A stretch of 64,000 nt of DNA, from NCBI GenBank assembly GCA_965216325.1, contig OZ244160.1, forward strand, positions 192,001 through 256,000. Direction: 5' to 3'. Positions 46,824 through 56,580 of this stretch are shown here, piece after piece. How positions within the stretch are numbered: position 1 is the first letter of the stretch; every line of letters begins with the position of its first letter. The stretch comes from Coraliomargarita sp. Its GTDB lineage: Bacteria; Verrucomicrobiota; Verrucomicrobiia; Opitutales; Coraliomargaritaceae. The notes beneath the pieces were generated by a model. It searched no databases and was not told where the DNA came from. It saw only the letters and a program-made list of their open reading frames with translations. Position numbers and translations under genes: made by a program.

Positions 46824-47558
46824 ATGCACTTATCTTCTGTATTCGATTTTCTGCTAATTCAAGCGGCCGGCGGGCCCAATGTCTTTACCTACTTCGCTCA
46901 ATCTAATTTCGCGGGCAAAATTGTTATTCTGGTGCTCGGTGTGTGTAGCATCTTGGCTTGGACTGTGATGCTGGGCAAATACATGGACCTTTCCCGACTG
47001 CGTTCCCAGAACCAGCGTTATGAGCGCATGCTTAGCAAAGAGGCACACCTGCTCGCCCTGGAGCCATCGCGACCAGGTAAGGGCGCTGGCCCGTTTTATA
47101 ATATTATCCGCGAGGGCCTGGAGGCCTTCTTTCGCTATGGCGGTGATTTGGTCGACACGGATACGCACCGCGCAACGCTGCGTATGGGGCATGTCGAGAA
47201 TGCACTCCAGCGTGCGGTTGCTGAGCAAACGCTGCGCTACGAAGCGAAGATGGTCTTACTCGGTTCGATTGTGACTGGTGCGCCCTTTCTGGGGCTGCTC
47301 GGAACGGTCTGGGGGGTGATGGATGCCTTCGGTGGTATGGCGGGATCCGGCTCCGCGAGCTTGCAGAGTTTGGCGCCGGGTGTGTCGGGTGCCCTCTTGA
47401 CGACGGTTGCCGGCCTGGTGGTGGCGATCCCTTCGGTGTTTGGTTACAACTACTTATTGCAGCAGACGAAGATTGCCGTGGTTGAGTTGGAAAATTTTGC
47501 GAGCACGGCCGCGGATCGTATCGAACTCGAAGCACAAGCCGCCGCAGTTGCGGAATAA
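46824..47558 (+). CDS. MotA/TolQ/ExbB proton channel protein
   Basis: APFLGLLGTVWGVM, APGVSGALLTTVAGLVVAIP. Confidence 0.92.
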   Translation: MHLSSVFDFLLIQAAGGPNVFTYFAQSNFAGKIVILVLGVCSILAWTVMLGKYMDLSRLRSQNQRYERMLSKEAHLLALEPSRPGKGAGPFYNIIREGLEAFFRYGGDLVDTDTHRATLRMGHVENALQRAVAEQTLRYEAKMVLLGSIVTGAPFLGLLGTVWGVMDAFGGMAGSGSASLQSLAPGVSGALLTTVAGLVVAIPSVFGYNYLLQQTKIAVVELENFASTAADRIELEAQAAAVAE

Positions 47559-47589
47559 CTCTCACTGTCACCATCACTTTCACTTCACT

Positions 47590-48003
47590 GTGGCTCGTAA
47601 ATTTCATCGTAAGAACCGGCTCGACGCGCTCACGGAGATTAACGTGACGCCGTTGATCGACTTGGCCTTTGCCTTGTTGATTATCTTCATGATTACAACG
47701 CCGTTATTGGAGCAAACGATCCCTGTGGACCTGCCGGTCGAAACGGCCTCGGCTCAGCCGCAGGATCGTGAGGAGTTCCTCTCTGTTTCCATTGATAAAG
47801 AGGGGCGTTATGCTTGGGGCGACGAATACGTGACGGTTACTCAATTACAGGATTATCTCGATGTCCTTGCCGCCAATCCGGATCCACCGGTGCTGAGTAT
47901 TCGAGCGGACGGGGCGCTTCCCTATCAGGAGGTGGTCACGGTGATGGATATGATCAAGCAGCGTAAAATTTCTAAAATCAGCCTCGATACCAAGGCCGAG
48001 TAG
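47590..48003 (+). CDS. ExbD/TolR protein
   Basis: EINVTPLIDLAFALLIIFMITTP, IRADG; GTG start assumed. Confidence 0.9.
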   Translation: MARKFHRKNRLDALTEINVTPLIDLAFALLIIFMITTPLLEQTIPVDLPVETASAQPQDREEFLSVSIDKEGRYAWGDEYVTVTQLQDYLDVLAANPDPPVLSIRADGALPYQEVVTVMDMIKQRKISKISLDTKAE

Positions 48004-48009
48004 CACTCC

Positions 48010-48780
48010 ATGAAACTTCCCAAAGATCAGCCGTTTTGGACCTCCGTCATCTTGCATGGCGCGGTCTTGTTGGCGCTGTTCTTGGCCACGATTATTGAAT
48101 ATTTTCGTCCGGATGAGGAAGCAGTGCATGTCTTTGAAATGGTCAGTGACGTTGCGCCGTCGCCGAGCCAATCACAGTCGGTGACGAGTGCAGAGCCACC
48201 GCCGCCGGATATTCAGATGCCGGATTTGGCCCCAGTGCCGGTCGTGCCAGACGTGCACGTGCCGCCTCCGCAGGTTACGCCACCGCCGACACCTCCACCT
48301 GCGCCGACTCCGCCAACACCGAAACCGAAGAAACCTCAAATGATGAGTTATGAGGAGTTCTTGAAGCACAATAAGATTCGTGAGCCGCGCCAGCAACAGC
48401 GTCCCTCGAGGTCAGTAACGACTGCTCCAACGATTTCGATTCCACAAGTGGATGTGCCAACCATCACGCACTCAGCTCAATCCTCGCGACCAACTGCGGC
48501 GCAGGTGTCGGCATTGAATAACTACAACATGCAGCTGCGTAATCGCTTGATGCAGGCCTGGCGTAAGCCGACGAACTTGGGTGGTCTAGAGCTGCGTGTG
48601 AATGTGAGTTTCTATGTGTCCGCGAGTGGGCACATCAGTAAGGTGAAGCTGAACCCGCCGACTGGGAATGCGACTTTCGATCAGTCGGTCTTGTCTGCCT
48701 TTCGTGCGATGGGGAGTGCGGGCCCGACCCCGACGGGGCAGGGATTTAGTTCCAGTATCAATTTCCGGATGGAGCTTTAG
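48010..48780 (+). CDS. TonB/TolA-like energy transducer
   Basis: TM with SVILH, Pro-rich linker, TolA/TonB-like C-terminal domain (AWRKP, GNATFDQS). Confidence 0.85.
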   Translation: MKLPKDQPFWTSVILHGAVLLALFLATIIEYFRPDEEAVHVFEMVSDVAPSPSQSQSVTSAEPPPPDIQMPDLAPVPVVPDVHVPPPQVTPPPTPPPAPTPPTPKPKKPQMMSYEEFLKHNKIREPRQQQRPSRSVTTAPTISIPQVDVPTITHSAQSSRPTAAQVSALNNYNMQLRNRLMQAWRKPTNLGGLELRVNVSFYVSASGHISKVKLNPPTGNATFDQSVLSAFRAMGSAGPTPTGQGFSSSINFRMEL

Positions 48781-48968
48781 TTCGGCGGAGGACTTCGGGA
48801 GTAGGGCCTTTGCTTGCAAAGTGCCGCGAGTCACAGCTGGTCTTGGAGAGGCATCGTGCACCCAAAGGGTATTTTTCGCCAGCACGAGCCCTACTGATTG
48901 GAGTGTGAATGGATTCTGATGTTCTCATTCATTGCAGGTGCGCATCCGTCTGTCTGAAATTTATTAAA

Positions 48969-48986
48969 TACCTTGACATCAAGTAA
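48969..48986. promoter_or_regulatory. Candidate MarR operator overlapping a TTGACA -35 box
   Basis: TACCTTGACATCAAGTAA; similar to 49473-49490. Confidence 0.6.
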
Positions 48987-49008
48987 TTTGTTTGAAGGTT
49001 TCATTTAC

Positions 49009-49458
49009 ATGGCAAAGATTTATCAGAACTCCGGCACGCACTTGTTTCTGCTTTTTTGGAAGGCATCGCATGCGGTGATGGCCTACGACCAAGAGAGTAT
49101 TCAACGCTCCGGGTTCAGTTCGCTCTCGGACTTTGCGGTGCTGGAGGTGTTGTTGCATAAGGGTGCGCAGCCGGTGAATACGATCGGGGAGAAGGTGATG
49201 CTGACCAGTGGGTCGATCACGACTGCGGTGCAACGCTTGGAGAAGCGCGAACTGGTGCGCCGCGAGCGTAGCCGGGATGACGCACGTGTGGTGCTGGTGC
49301 ATCTTACGGACGCCGGCCGCGAACTGATTGAGGCGAGCTTTGCCGCACATGCTGAGCATCTGGATACTTTATTCGAGAGCCTGGATGATGACGAGCGCGA
49401 GCAGTTTGCCGCGCTGATGCGTAAAGTTGGACACCGTGCTCAAAGCCTAAACGGCTAA
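49009..49458 (+). CDS. MarR-family regulator (MhqR-like)
   Basis: DFAVLEVLLHKG.QP...IGEKVMLTSGSIT..V.RLE, DAR..LV.LT..G. Confidence 0.9.
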   Translation: MAKIYQNSGTHLFLLFWKASHAVMAYDQESIQRSGFSSLSDFAVLEVLLHKGAQPVNTIGEKVMLTSGSITTAVQRLEKRELVRRERSRDDARVVLVHLTDAGRELIEASFAAHAEHLDTLFESLDDDEREQFAALMRKVGHRAQSLNG

Positions 49459-49472
49459 TCATTTTAACTATA

Positions 49473-49490
49473 TATCTTGATGTAGAGATA
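49473..49490. promoter_or_regulatory. Candidate MarR operator upstream of the DoxX gene
   Basis: TATCTTGATGTAGAGATA (TATCT-N8-AGATA). Confidence 0.65.
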
Positions 49491-49519
49491 TTAATTCAAA
49501 GACGAACGAAAACCCACCA

Positions 49520-49954
49520 ATGAAAATCAAAAAAATCCTCCTCAATACGACATCGACCTATGCCACAGTGCCGCTCCGCTTTGGGGTGGGCATTGTGATG
49601 GCTGCGCATGGTGCGCAAAAGCTCTTCGGCTGGTTCGGCGGACACGGCTTGCCGGGCACTGCAAAGTTCTTTTCAGAGAATCTCGGTCTTGAGCCCGGCT
49701 TGCTGATGGCAGCGATGGCCGGCGGCACCGAATTCTTCGGCGGTCTGCTGCTCCTTGTGGGGCTGCTAACGCGTCCAGCTGCCGCTGCGATCGCCTTTAC
49801 CATGGCGGTTGCGATTGTCACTGCGAAGATGGGGGCCTTCTTCGCTTCGAATAATGGTATGGAGTATCCGCTGACCTTGCTGCTGGCGAGTCTCAGTCTG
49901 GCTATGCTTGGCGGGGGTGCCTTCTCAGTGGATCGCAAGCTCAGCCAATCTTAA
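49520..49954 (+). CDS. DoxX-family membrane protein
   Basis: HGAQKLFGWFGG, EFFGG..L..GLLTR, NGMEY, GAFSVD. Confidence 0.92.
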   Translation: MKIKKILLNTTSTYATVPLRFGVGIVMAAHGAQKLFGWFGGHGLPGTAKFFSENLGLEPGLLMAAMAGGTEFFGGLLLLVGLLTRPAAAAIAFTMAVAIVTAKMGAFFASNNGMEYPLTLLLASLSLAMLGGGAFSVDRKLSQS

Positions 49955-49960
49955 TCTCAA

Positions 49961-50051
49961 AGGTAGCGCAGCACCGTCCTCGGTGCGCAAGATCCCGCCG
50001 ATTTAGAACCGTTTTTCAGTTCATGCGGCGCGAGACGCGCCAGCGCTACCT
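49961..50051. repeat. GTAG-type REP pair
   Basis: AGGTAGCGC ... GCGCTACCT ends with internal hairpins. Confidence 0.6.
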
Positions 50052-50084
50052 GTGGACAATACTAGTAACAGTAAGGTGATGACT

Positions 50085-50801
50085 ATGTTCAAACAGATCA
50101 CGCGTGCGCAGGAACGGATGCGCACACAAATCGGCTGGCTCGATGGCTGGCATAGTTTTTCTTTTGGCGGCCATTATGATCCGGATCGTATGGGATTTGG
50201 GGCACTGCGTGTGGTCAACGACGACCGTATTGCGCCGGGTGGCGGTTTTGCTCCGCACCCACATGCAGACATGGAGATCGTGACGCTTGTGCTTGAAGGG
50301 CAAGTCGAGCACAAGGATAGCATGGGCAACGGTCGTGTGATCAACACGGGCGAAGTGCAATACATGAGTGCCGGCAGCGGGGTCACGCACAGTGAGTTTA
50401 ACCCCTCTCAAGCGCAGCCGACCCATCTGATGCAAATCTGGATCGAGCCGAATGCGAAAGGGCTTGAGCCACGCTATGCGGATCAGCCGATCATCGGGGA
50501 GGCCGACAACGAATGGAAGTTGATCCTCTCTGCCGACGGGCGTGATGATTCGATTGCGATCCGGCAGGATGCAGAGTTGCGCACGGTCCAGTTAAGTGAC
50601 GGCGCTAGCTTGAGTTATGCAGCCAAGGGCGAGGAAAGAGGGCTTTGGCTCTTTGTGATCGAAGGTGAAGTCTCAGTCGATGGTGAGACGCTCTCGACCG
50701 CCGACTCATTGGCACTCTCTGGCGTAGAGGAGTTAGAGGTCGTCAATCGCAGTGGCGGGCCCGCCAAGGTCCTGCTTTTTGATGTCCCATTTGAAGTATA
50801 A
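50085..50801 (+). CDS. Pirin family protein (YhhW-like)
   Basis: GWL..WHSFSF, LRVVNDD, HPHADMEI, HKDSMGN, MSAGSGVTHSE, QIWI. Confidence 0.92.
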   Translation: MFKQITRAQERMRTQIGWLDGWHSFSFGGHYDPDRMGFGALRVVNDDRIAPGGGFAPHPHADMEIVTLVLEGQVEHKDSMGNGRVINTGEVQYMSAGSGVTHSEFNPSQAQPTHLMQIWIEPNAKGLEPRYADQPIIGEADNEWKLILSADGRDDSIAIRQDAELRTVQLSDGASLSYAAKGEERGLWLFVIEGEVSVDGETLSTADSLALSGVEELEVVNRSGGPAKVLLFDVPFEV

Positions 50802-50860
50802 TAAAACGCTAGTAAACTCGACTGATCACTGGCTCAAAGGCCACGACTTAAAAAACTATC

Positions 50861-51463
50861 ATGAACGTAACCGAAGCTATCGAAAATCGCCGCTCTGTAA
50901 AACACTACGATGCGGATCACACCATGCCCGAGGCAGACCTTGCAGAGCTCATTCGTTTGACGAAGCTCGCGCCGTCCTCGTTTAACATGCAGAACTACCG
51001 TCTGCTCGTCATCCGTGATAAGGAATTACGCCAGCAGATTCGCGCAGTTGCCTGGGATCAGGCACAGGTCACTGATGCGAGCGTGCTCTTTATTATCTGT
51101 GCCGATCTCAATGCGCACAACGAAGATCCGGCACTGTATTGGTCGCACGCACCGCAGGAAGTGCAGGATATCCTTGGCCCAATGATCAAGCCGTTCTACG
51201 AGGGCAATGATCGGCTAATCCGCGATGAAGGTATCCGCTCTTCTGCCTTGGCTGGCATGACCCTGATGCTGGCCGCGAAAGAACTCGGTTACGACTCTTG
51301 CCCGATGATTGGCTTCGATGGCGAGAAAGTCGCTGAGCTCGTGAATCTGCCCGAGAACTATGCGCTGAGCTTCATGATTCCGGTAGGGAAGGAGTCGAAA
51401 CCGGCCTGGGATCGGGGAGCTCGGTTGTCGGACGATATTGTCGTGACTTACGATCGCTTTTGA
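50861..51463 (+). CDS. Nitroreductase family protein
   Basis: RRSVKHY, APSSFNMQ, LGYDSCPMIGFD. Confidence 0.92.
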   Translation: MNVTEAIENRRSVKHYDADHTMPEADLAELIRLTKLAPSSFNMQNYRLLVIRDKELRQQIRAVAWDQAQVTDASVLFIICADLNAHNEDPALYWSHAPQEVQDILGPMIKPFYEGNDRLIRDEGIRSSALAGMTLMLAAKELGYDSCPMIGFDGEKVAELVNLPENYALSFMIPVGKESKPAWDRGARLSDDIVVTYDRF

Positions 51464-51478
51464 TTCTAACGCTTTAGC

Positions 51479-52450
51479 TTATTCGGCGAAATCCTGCAGC
51501 ATGTTTAGATAGCCTGCGTAGAAACAGATGATCGTGTAGGCGACCATGCATGCGACGAGTGCGAATAAAATACTGGGGTAGGTGGCAGCTGCAATGGTCA
51601 ACGCGCGGTTGGCCTTACCCTGGTATTGTTCGCCAATGGTTTTGAGGCTTTCGTCGAGTTTACCGGTTTGTGCGCCGGTTTGATAGTATGCGCAGAAATC
51701 AGCAGGAAAGCATTTGAGTTTTTGAAGTTGTGTGCCGGGGTCGTCGCCCGCGTCGAAGGTGGGCTGTAGGTTTCGGTAGGCACGTTTGAATTCCGACGCG
51801 TTGGTGATGTCCGTCGCATATTGCCAAGCACGTTGGATGGGCAGGCCCGTTTCGACAAAGGTGCCTAGACTGTTTGCCAAGTCCGCAACCGCTTGTGTTT
51901 TACTGTATTTGCGTAGCAGTGGCACACAGCGGATCAGCCTTGGAAGCAAGGGGCTTTCGATTTTTGCCATGACAACGACTAGCCCGATCAATGCCCATAG
52001 AGGCACCAGTAGCGACAGCACCTGCAGTCCCATCAGTGATGGATTGAGGCTGCTCAGGCCCGATTCGTAGTCGAGGTTTTGCATGAAGACCAAGACGACG
52101 GCGGCAAAATGGAAGACGCCCAAGGGATAGAGGGTGCTAAAGACAACCTTTCGCTGGATGTCAGCGATACGCTGGTGGCGGGTGTGCAGATTGAAAAAGG
52201 TCTGTGGCAGGCGCCCGCTGTCTGCCGCAGCGATGATAAAGATACGATCTGCTCGTGGGAGCCATCCGGGTGCATTGGTAATGACTGTGGCAATCGTTTC
52301 GCCCGCATGGAGTTGTTCGGTGAGTTTGCGACGTCCGCTGGCTGGTGGGCCTGAGGCGCACTCGATCGCTTCGGCGAGGGGAATGCCGGCTTCCATATGC
52401 TGCGCCAATTGCAGATACCAGTTGGCGAGCGTTTTGTGTGAGGCGGGCAT
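51479..52450 (-). CDS. Type II secretion F / PilC-family inner-membrane platform protein
   Basis: Two T2SSF repeats (AGIPL..A, SGRL, YP; TGLPI, TGAQTGKLD, YP). Confidence 0.82.
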   Translation of the reverse strand: MPASHKTLANWYLQLAQHMEAGIPLAEAIECASGPPASGRRKLTEQLHAGETIATVITNAPGWLPRADRIFIIAAADSGRLPQTFFNLHTRHQRIADIQRKVVFSTLYPLGVFHFAAVVLVFMQNLDYESGLSSLNPSLMGLQVLSLLVPLWALIGLVVVMAKIESPLLPRLIRCVPLLRKYSKTQAVADLANSLGTFVETGLPIQRAWQYATDITNASEFKRAYRNLQPTFDAGDDPGTQLQKLKCFPADFCAYYQTGAQTGKLDESLKTIGEQYQGKANRALTIAAATYPSILFALVACMVAYTIICFYAGYLNMLQDFAE

Positions 52451-52466
52451 GGAGGATTGATTGAGT

Positions 52467-52532
52467 CGGAGGGTGGACACGCTTGTCCACCATGCGGGGC
52501 GTGTGGGGCAGGACAAGAGTGTCCTGCCTCCG
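52467..52532. repeat. REP-like inverted pair (GGACAAGAGTGTCC family)
   Basis: CGGAGGGTGGACACGCTTGTCC versus the reverse complement of GGACAAGAGTGTCCTGCCTCCG (19/22). Confidence 0.72.
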
Positions 52533-52613
52533 GAGGATAAGCATGAAACTGCCTTGCAAGCTTGTTCTCAAGGGCAAAGCATACAGCTTTGTCATTAACC
52601 CAACGTAGATACC

Positions 52614-54362
52614 TTGAGTCTGGAAAATAGTAGCCCGTTCGATGCCGTTGCCTGTTCCAATGTGAATAGTGCATGGGGCGCAGTGACGATGGAGGTCTTG
52701 GCACGCTTAGGTGTGCAAACAGTCGTTGTTTCGCCGGGGTCGCGCTCAACGCCACTCACCATCGCAGCTGCACGTAATCCGAAGCTTGAGGCCATTCCTG
52801 TCTTGGATGAGCGGACTGCAGCTTTCTATGCGCTTGGTATCGCGAAGCGCACGCACCGCCCAGTCGTGTTAGTCTGCACTTCGGGCTCGGCTGCTGCAAA
52901 TTACTTCCCGGCAGTTGTGGAAGCTTCACTGAGCGCAACTCCCTTGCTGGTGTTGACTGCAGATCGGCCGCCGGAACTACGCGCATGCGCTTCGGGGCAA
53001 ACGATCGACCAGCTGAAATTGTTTGGCGAGTATGTCCGCAGCTTTACAGAACTGGCTTTGCCAGAGGCGCGTCCCGACATGTTGGCCTATTTGCGCCAAA
53101 CGCTGGTGCATGCGGTCAATCGCAGCTTAACCGGCGAGCCCGGTCCAGTGCATTTGAATTTTCCGTTCCGCGATCCATTGCATCCAACCGCAGATGGAGG
53201 GGGCGTCGTGGATGCCGCGACACTCGAAGCTGCTGCAACCGTGCAAACGCGTCGTTGTGAAGCAGTGCCGTTTAGCGGGGGCATTGATTCGATTGCAGTG
53301 GAACGTTTGAGCAGTCATCGCAAGGGCTTGATTATCGTCGGTGATGTGAATCCTGAAGACGGTGATGAGAGCTTTGCCGATGCGGTGGCGATGCTCTCGG
53401 AGAAGCTCGGTTGGCCCGTGTTGAGTGACGTGCTCAACCCCTTAAGGGGGCACGCGCGTGAGACGCGTGCATTGGTGACGCGCTATGATGCAATTCTCCG
53501 TGATGAAGCGAGTGCTGAAGATCTAGAACCGACCGCAGTGCTGCAAATCGGGCCTTTGCCGACCAGTAAGGTGCTACGCAAGTGGCTGGGGCAACTCGAT
53601 GCGGTTGCGTTCTTATTATCCGAATATCCGAGTAACACCGATCCATTGCACCGTGTTGCGACTCCATTGATTGGCTCTGCGCACTCTTTGGCTGAAGTCG
53701 TCGGCCATCTGCAGCCTGAAGAGGGCTGGGTCGAGACGTGGGTCGCCCGCGAGTGGCATGTCTCTGGACGTATTGATGATGCGATGGAGTCCATGCATGG
53801 CTTGTTCGAGGGGAAGGTCGCATGGATGCTCTCGCAGAAGTTGCCAGTGGGCAGCTCGGTCTTTCTGGCGAGTAGTATGAGTGTGCGTTATGCGGAGTGG
53901 TTCTGGTCGGCGGGGAGCCGTGCCTGTTCGATCTATGCGAACCGTGGAGCTAATGGTATAGATGGCACACTCGGCACGGCTATGGGTGTTGCGCATGGTG
54001 GTCAGCCAGCCGTTCTGCTCACAGGGGATCTTGCGTTCTTGCATGACAGTAATGCTCTGATGGCGGCCCAACAGTTGGATGGCAGCTTAACCGTGATTTG
54101 TATTAACAATAATGGTGGGGGCATCTTCGAGCACCTGCCGGTTGCGCAGGCGAGTCTAGAGTTCGAGGACTACTTTGCGACACCGCAAACGGTGGACCTT
54201 GCGCAGTTGTGTGCGGCGCATGAAGTCTCGCACACTTGTATCCATGATTGGGATACATTTTCGGAAGCCGTTTCACGCCTGCCGGATCGTGGCGTGCGCG
54301 TTTTGGAACTGCAGACCGACCGCAAAGCCGATCGTGCAACTTTGAAGGCCCTGTTGGGATAG
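52614..54362 (+). CDS. menD: SEPHCHC synthase (menaquinone biosynthesis)
   Basis: SPGSRSTPL, DER.A.F.ALG, CTSGSA, ADRPPEL, NRGANGIDG, GDLAFLHD, NNNGGGIF; start codon uncertain. Confidence 0.95.
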   Translation: MSLENSSPFDAVACSNVNSAWGAVTMEVLARLGVQTVVVSPGSRSTPLTIAAARNPKLEAIPVLDERTAAFYALGIAKRTHRPVVLVCTSGSAAANYFPAVVEASLSATPLLVLTADRPPELRACASGQTIDQLKLFGEYVRSFTELALPEARPDMLAYLRQTLVHAVNRSLTGEPGPVHLNFPFRDPLHPTADGGGVVDAATLEAAATVQTRRCEAVPFSGGIDSIAVERLSSHRKGLIIVGDVNPEDGDESFADAVAMLSEKLGWPVLSDVLNPLRGHARETRALVTRYDAILRDEASAEDLEPTAVLQIGPLPTSKVLRKWLGQLDAVAFLLSEYPSNTDPLHRVATPLIGSAHSLAEVVGHLQPEEGWVETWVAREWHVSGRIDDAMESMHGLFEGKVAWMLSQKLPVGSSVFLASSMSVRYAEWFWSAGSRACSIYANRGANGIDGTLGTAMGVAHGGQPAVLLTGDLAFLHDSNALMAAQQLDGSLTVICINNNGGGIFEHLPVAQASLEFEDYFATPQTVDLAQLCAAHEVSHTCIHDWDTFSEAVSRLPDRGVRVLELQTDRKADRATLKALLG

Positions 54363-54861
54363 CCACAAAAAACACGAAAAAGCACAAAAAACTATCAAAC
54401 TGAGGTTGTGCTAATCCTGGACGTATTTCTTGATGTATAGTTTGGGTGCGCCGAAATTGATAAGCAGACCATCGTGTATGCGGGCAGATTTCAGATAGCC
54501 AAGTATTTGAGCGACATGGTCCTCTGAGACTGAGCGAGTGGCTTTCAGCTCAACAATGATACGGCCTTCTACGAATAGGTCGGCGAAATACTCTCCGATA
54601 ACTGTTCCATCCTCATCGTAAACAGTCAGTGGGTGTTGCTGGATGACTTCTAGCCCTGCCTTTTGTAAGCGATGACACAGCGCGTTTTCATAGACTTTCT
54701 CCAGATGTCCATTGCGGTGATATTTGTGGATCGCGAAACTGGTTTCGCGGATGAGGTCGCAGAGTTCGTTGATTTGTTTCATGGAACTAACGTTACTAAT
54801 GGGGGTTCTTTATATTTCAAACGTCAGCAGAGTTTTTGTGCCTTTTGGTGTTTTTTGTGGC
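54362..54861. repeat. Inverted repeats bracketing the GxxExxY gene
   Basis: GCCACAAAAAACACGAAAAAGCACAAAAA (54362-54390) versus the reverse complement of 54833-54861 (27/29). Confidence 0.85.
54411..54782 (-). CDS. GxxExxY protein (PD-(D/E)XK-like)
   Basis: [41 protein letters not shown]. Confidence 0.93.
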   Translation of the reverse strand: MKQINELCDLIRETSFAIHKYHRNGHLEKVYENALCHRLQKAGLEVIQQHPLTVYDEDGTVIGEYFADLFVEGRIIVELKATRSVSEDHVAQILGYLKSARIHDGLLINFGAPKLYIKKYVQD

Positions 54862-54923
54862 CAATGCCCAGATCCACTTTCACTGGGTTGCTTTTCGTGA
54901 AAAACCTCTCCTTAGTAGCTCCT

Positions 54924-55757
54924 ATGAACTGGGAAAAAGTCCGCGAATTCGAAGAGATTATTTATGAAAAGTGTGATGGCGTTGCCAAGGTCACGATCAA
55001 TCGTCCGCACCGTCGTAATGCGTTTACACCCGATACGGTGGGTGAGTTGATCGAAGCATTCACGGATGCACGTGAAGATTCCTCCATCGGTGTCGTTTTG
55101 CTGACAGGTTTTAATCCGCAGACAGATGGGAAGTTCGCGTTCTGTGCTGGAGGCGACCAAAAGATCCGCGGGCACAAGGCTGGCGGTTACATCGGCAAGG
55201 ATGGTGTGCCTCGTTTGAATGTCCTAGACCTTCAGAAATTGATCCGTTCGATGCCGAAGGTGGTGATCGCGCTGGTTGCAGGATACGCAATCGGTGGTGG
55301 TCATGTGCTCCATGTGGTCTGCGATATGACTATCGCCGCGGACAATGCGATCTTCGGTCAAACGGGCCCGAAGGTGGGGAGCTTCGATGGAGGCTTTGGC
55401 TCCAGCTACTTGGCACGTATTGTTGGCCAGAAGAAAGCGCGTGAGATTTGGTATCTCTGTCGCCAATACAATGCGCAGGAAGCGCTGGACATGGGCTTGG
55501 TCAATAAGGTGGTGCCCTATGAGCAACTTGAAGCCGAGGGCTACCAGTGGGCGCAGGAAATTCTGCAACACAGCCCGCTGTCGATTCGTTGCTTGAAGGC
55601 CGCCTTCAATGCAGATGTTGACGGTCAACAAGGCCTGCAGGAACTTGCCGGCAACGCGACCTTACTCTACTACCTCACTGAAGAGGGTGAGGAGGGCCGC
55701 CGTGCGTGGAACGAAAAGCGCGCTCCAGAGTTCAAGAAGTATCCTTGGTTGCCTTAG
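54924..55757 (+). CDS. menB: 1,4-dihydroxy-2-naphthoyl-CoA synthase
   Basis: [49 protein letters not shown]. Confidence 0.96.
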   Translation: MNWEKVREFEEIIYEKCDGVAKVTINRPHRRNAFTPDTVGELIEAFTDAREDSSIGVVLLTGFNPQTDGKFAFCAGGDQKIRGHKAGGYIGKDGVPRLNVLDLQKLIRSMPKVVIALVAGYAIGGGHVLHVVCDMTIAADNAIFGQTGPKVGSFDGGFGSSYLARIVGQKKAREIWYLCRQYNAQEALDMGLVNKVVPYEQLEAEGYQWAQEILQHSPLSIRCLKAAFNADVDGQQGLQELAGNATLLYYLTEEGEEGRRAWNEKRAPEFKKYPWLP

Positions 55758-55824
55758 TCGTGCAACTTGTGGAGCCTTGCTTGTTCTTGACCACGTTCGC
55801 TCTAAATCATATGTCTGCATGCAT

Positions 55825-56574
55825 ATGAAGGGGGGTATATGTATACTGCTTGTTGCGCTCTGTGGCGCACTTTCAGCGGGAGAAACATGGACACTGACGA
55901 ATCAGAAGAATCAATCGATTGAGGTGGATTACATCTTCTATGATGGAGTTCAGCTTAGCTGTCGGAAGGTCGGAAGTGTCAATAAATTCAAGCTTTCGCC
56001 CAACGACCTCTCGAAAGAGTGCTGGAAGGAAATTCAGGCGAGTTTTGGCAACAGTGCTGTCATTGACCTGGAAGTGAGCCGTCGGACGAAAACGTCTTCA
56101 GATACGGACCGCACATCCTATTCGGGGTATTTCTCCACATACAGTCACGAGCGTAAGGATATTGAAAAGCTCAATTTGTTTACGATCGAGCTATCTTCTT
56201 CCTCACATTTTGCCTCAGAGGTGACGATTGAAACCTTCATCTTTGCAGATGGTGAGGTCGAGTATGGCCGTATTCCTGCGACAGTTTCGATGCGTGAATC
56301 CTTCGAAACTGTTGTGGAGAAGATGATGGAGAGTACTGAATACAGCTCAAAATCGTCTTACAGTGGAACTTATTACAAAAGCGAGTATGGCGACGATAAG
56401 GCTTATCTTGGAGTGATCGTGTTAAATGGTCGTGGTGAGGAGATTGCGGACTATGCTTCCTCTGGAAAAATTAAATCCAGAATGCACGCGATCAAGCACT
56501 CGGAGCGCCAGAGTTTTAAGCCGAAAGGTGGGGGCAAGGAAACGAACAAGAAGAAGTCCGTTGAAAGCCTCTGA
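55825..56574 (+). CDS. Exported hypothetical protein
   Basis: Signal-like N-terminus, then WTLTN.K...I (SHD1-like start); no family recognised. Confidence 0.6.
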   Translation: MKGGICILLVALCGALSAGETWTLTNQKNQSIEVDYIFYDGVQLSCRKVGSVNKFKLSPNDLSKECWKEIQASFGNSAVIDLEVSRRTKTSSDTDRTSYSGYFSTYSHERKDIEKLNLFTIELSSSSHFASEVTIETFIFADGEVEYGRIPATVSMRESFETVVEKMMESTEYSSKSSYSGTYYKSEYGDDKAYLGVIVLNGRGEEIADYASSGKIKSRMHAIKHSERQSFKPKGGGKETNKKKSVESL

Positions 56575-56580
56575 GGCTCG

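Noticed and set aside
47407..47589. N-terminal extension of ExbD with an HCHHHFH stretch
   Set aside because: It overlaps the ExbB gene and arises from a short TCAC-rich intergenic repeat; GTG at 47590 is the better start.
54672..54923. 84-aa N-terminal extension of MenB
   Set aside because: It overlaps the antisense GxxExxY gene and its repeat; MenB homology begins at ATG 54924.
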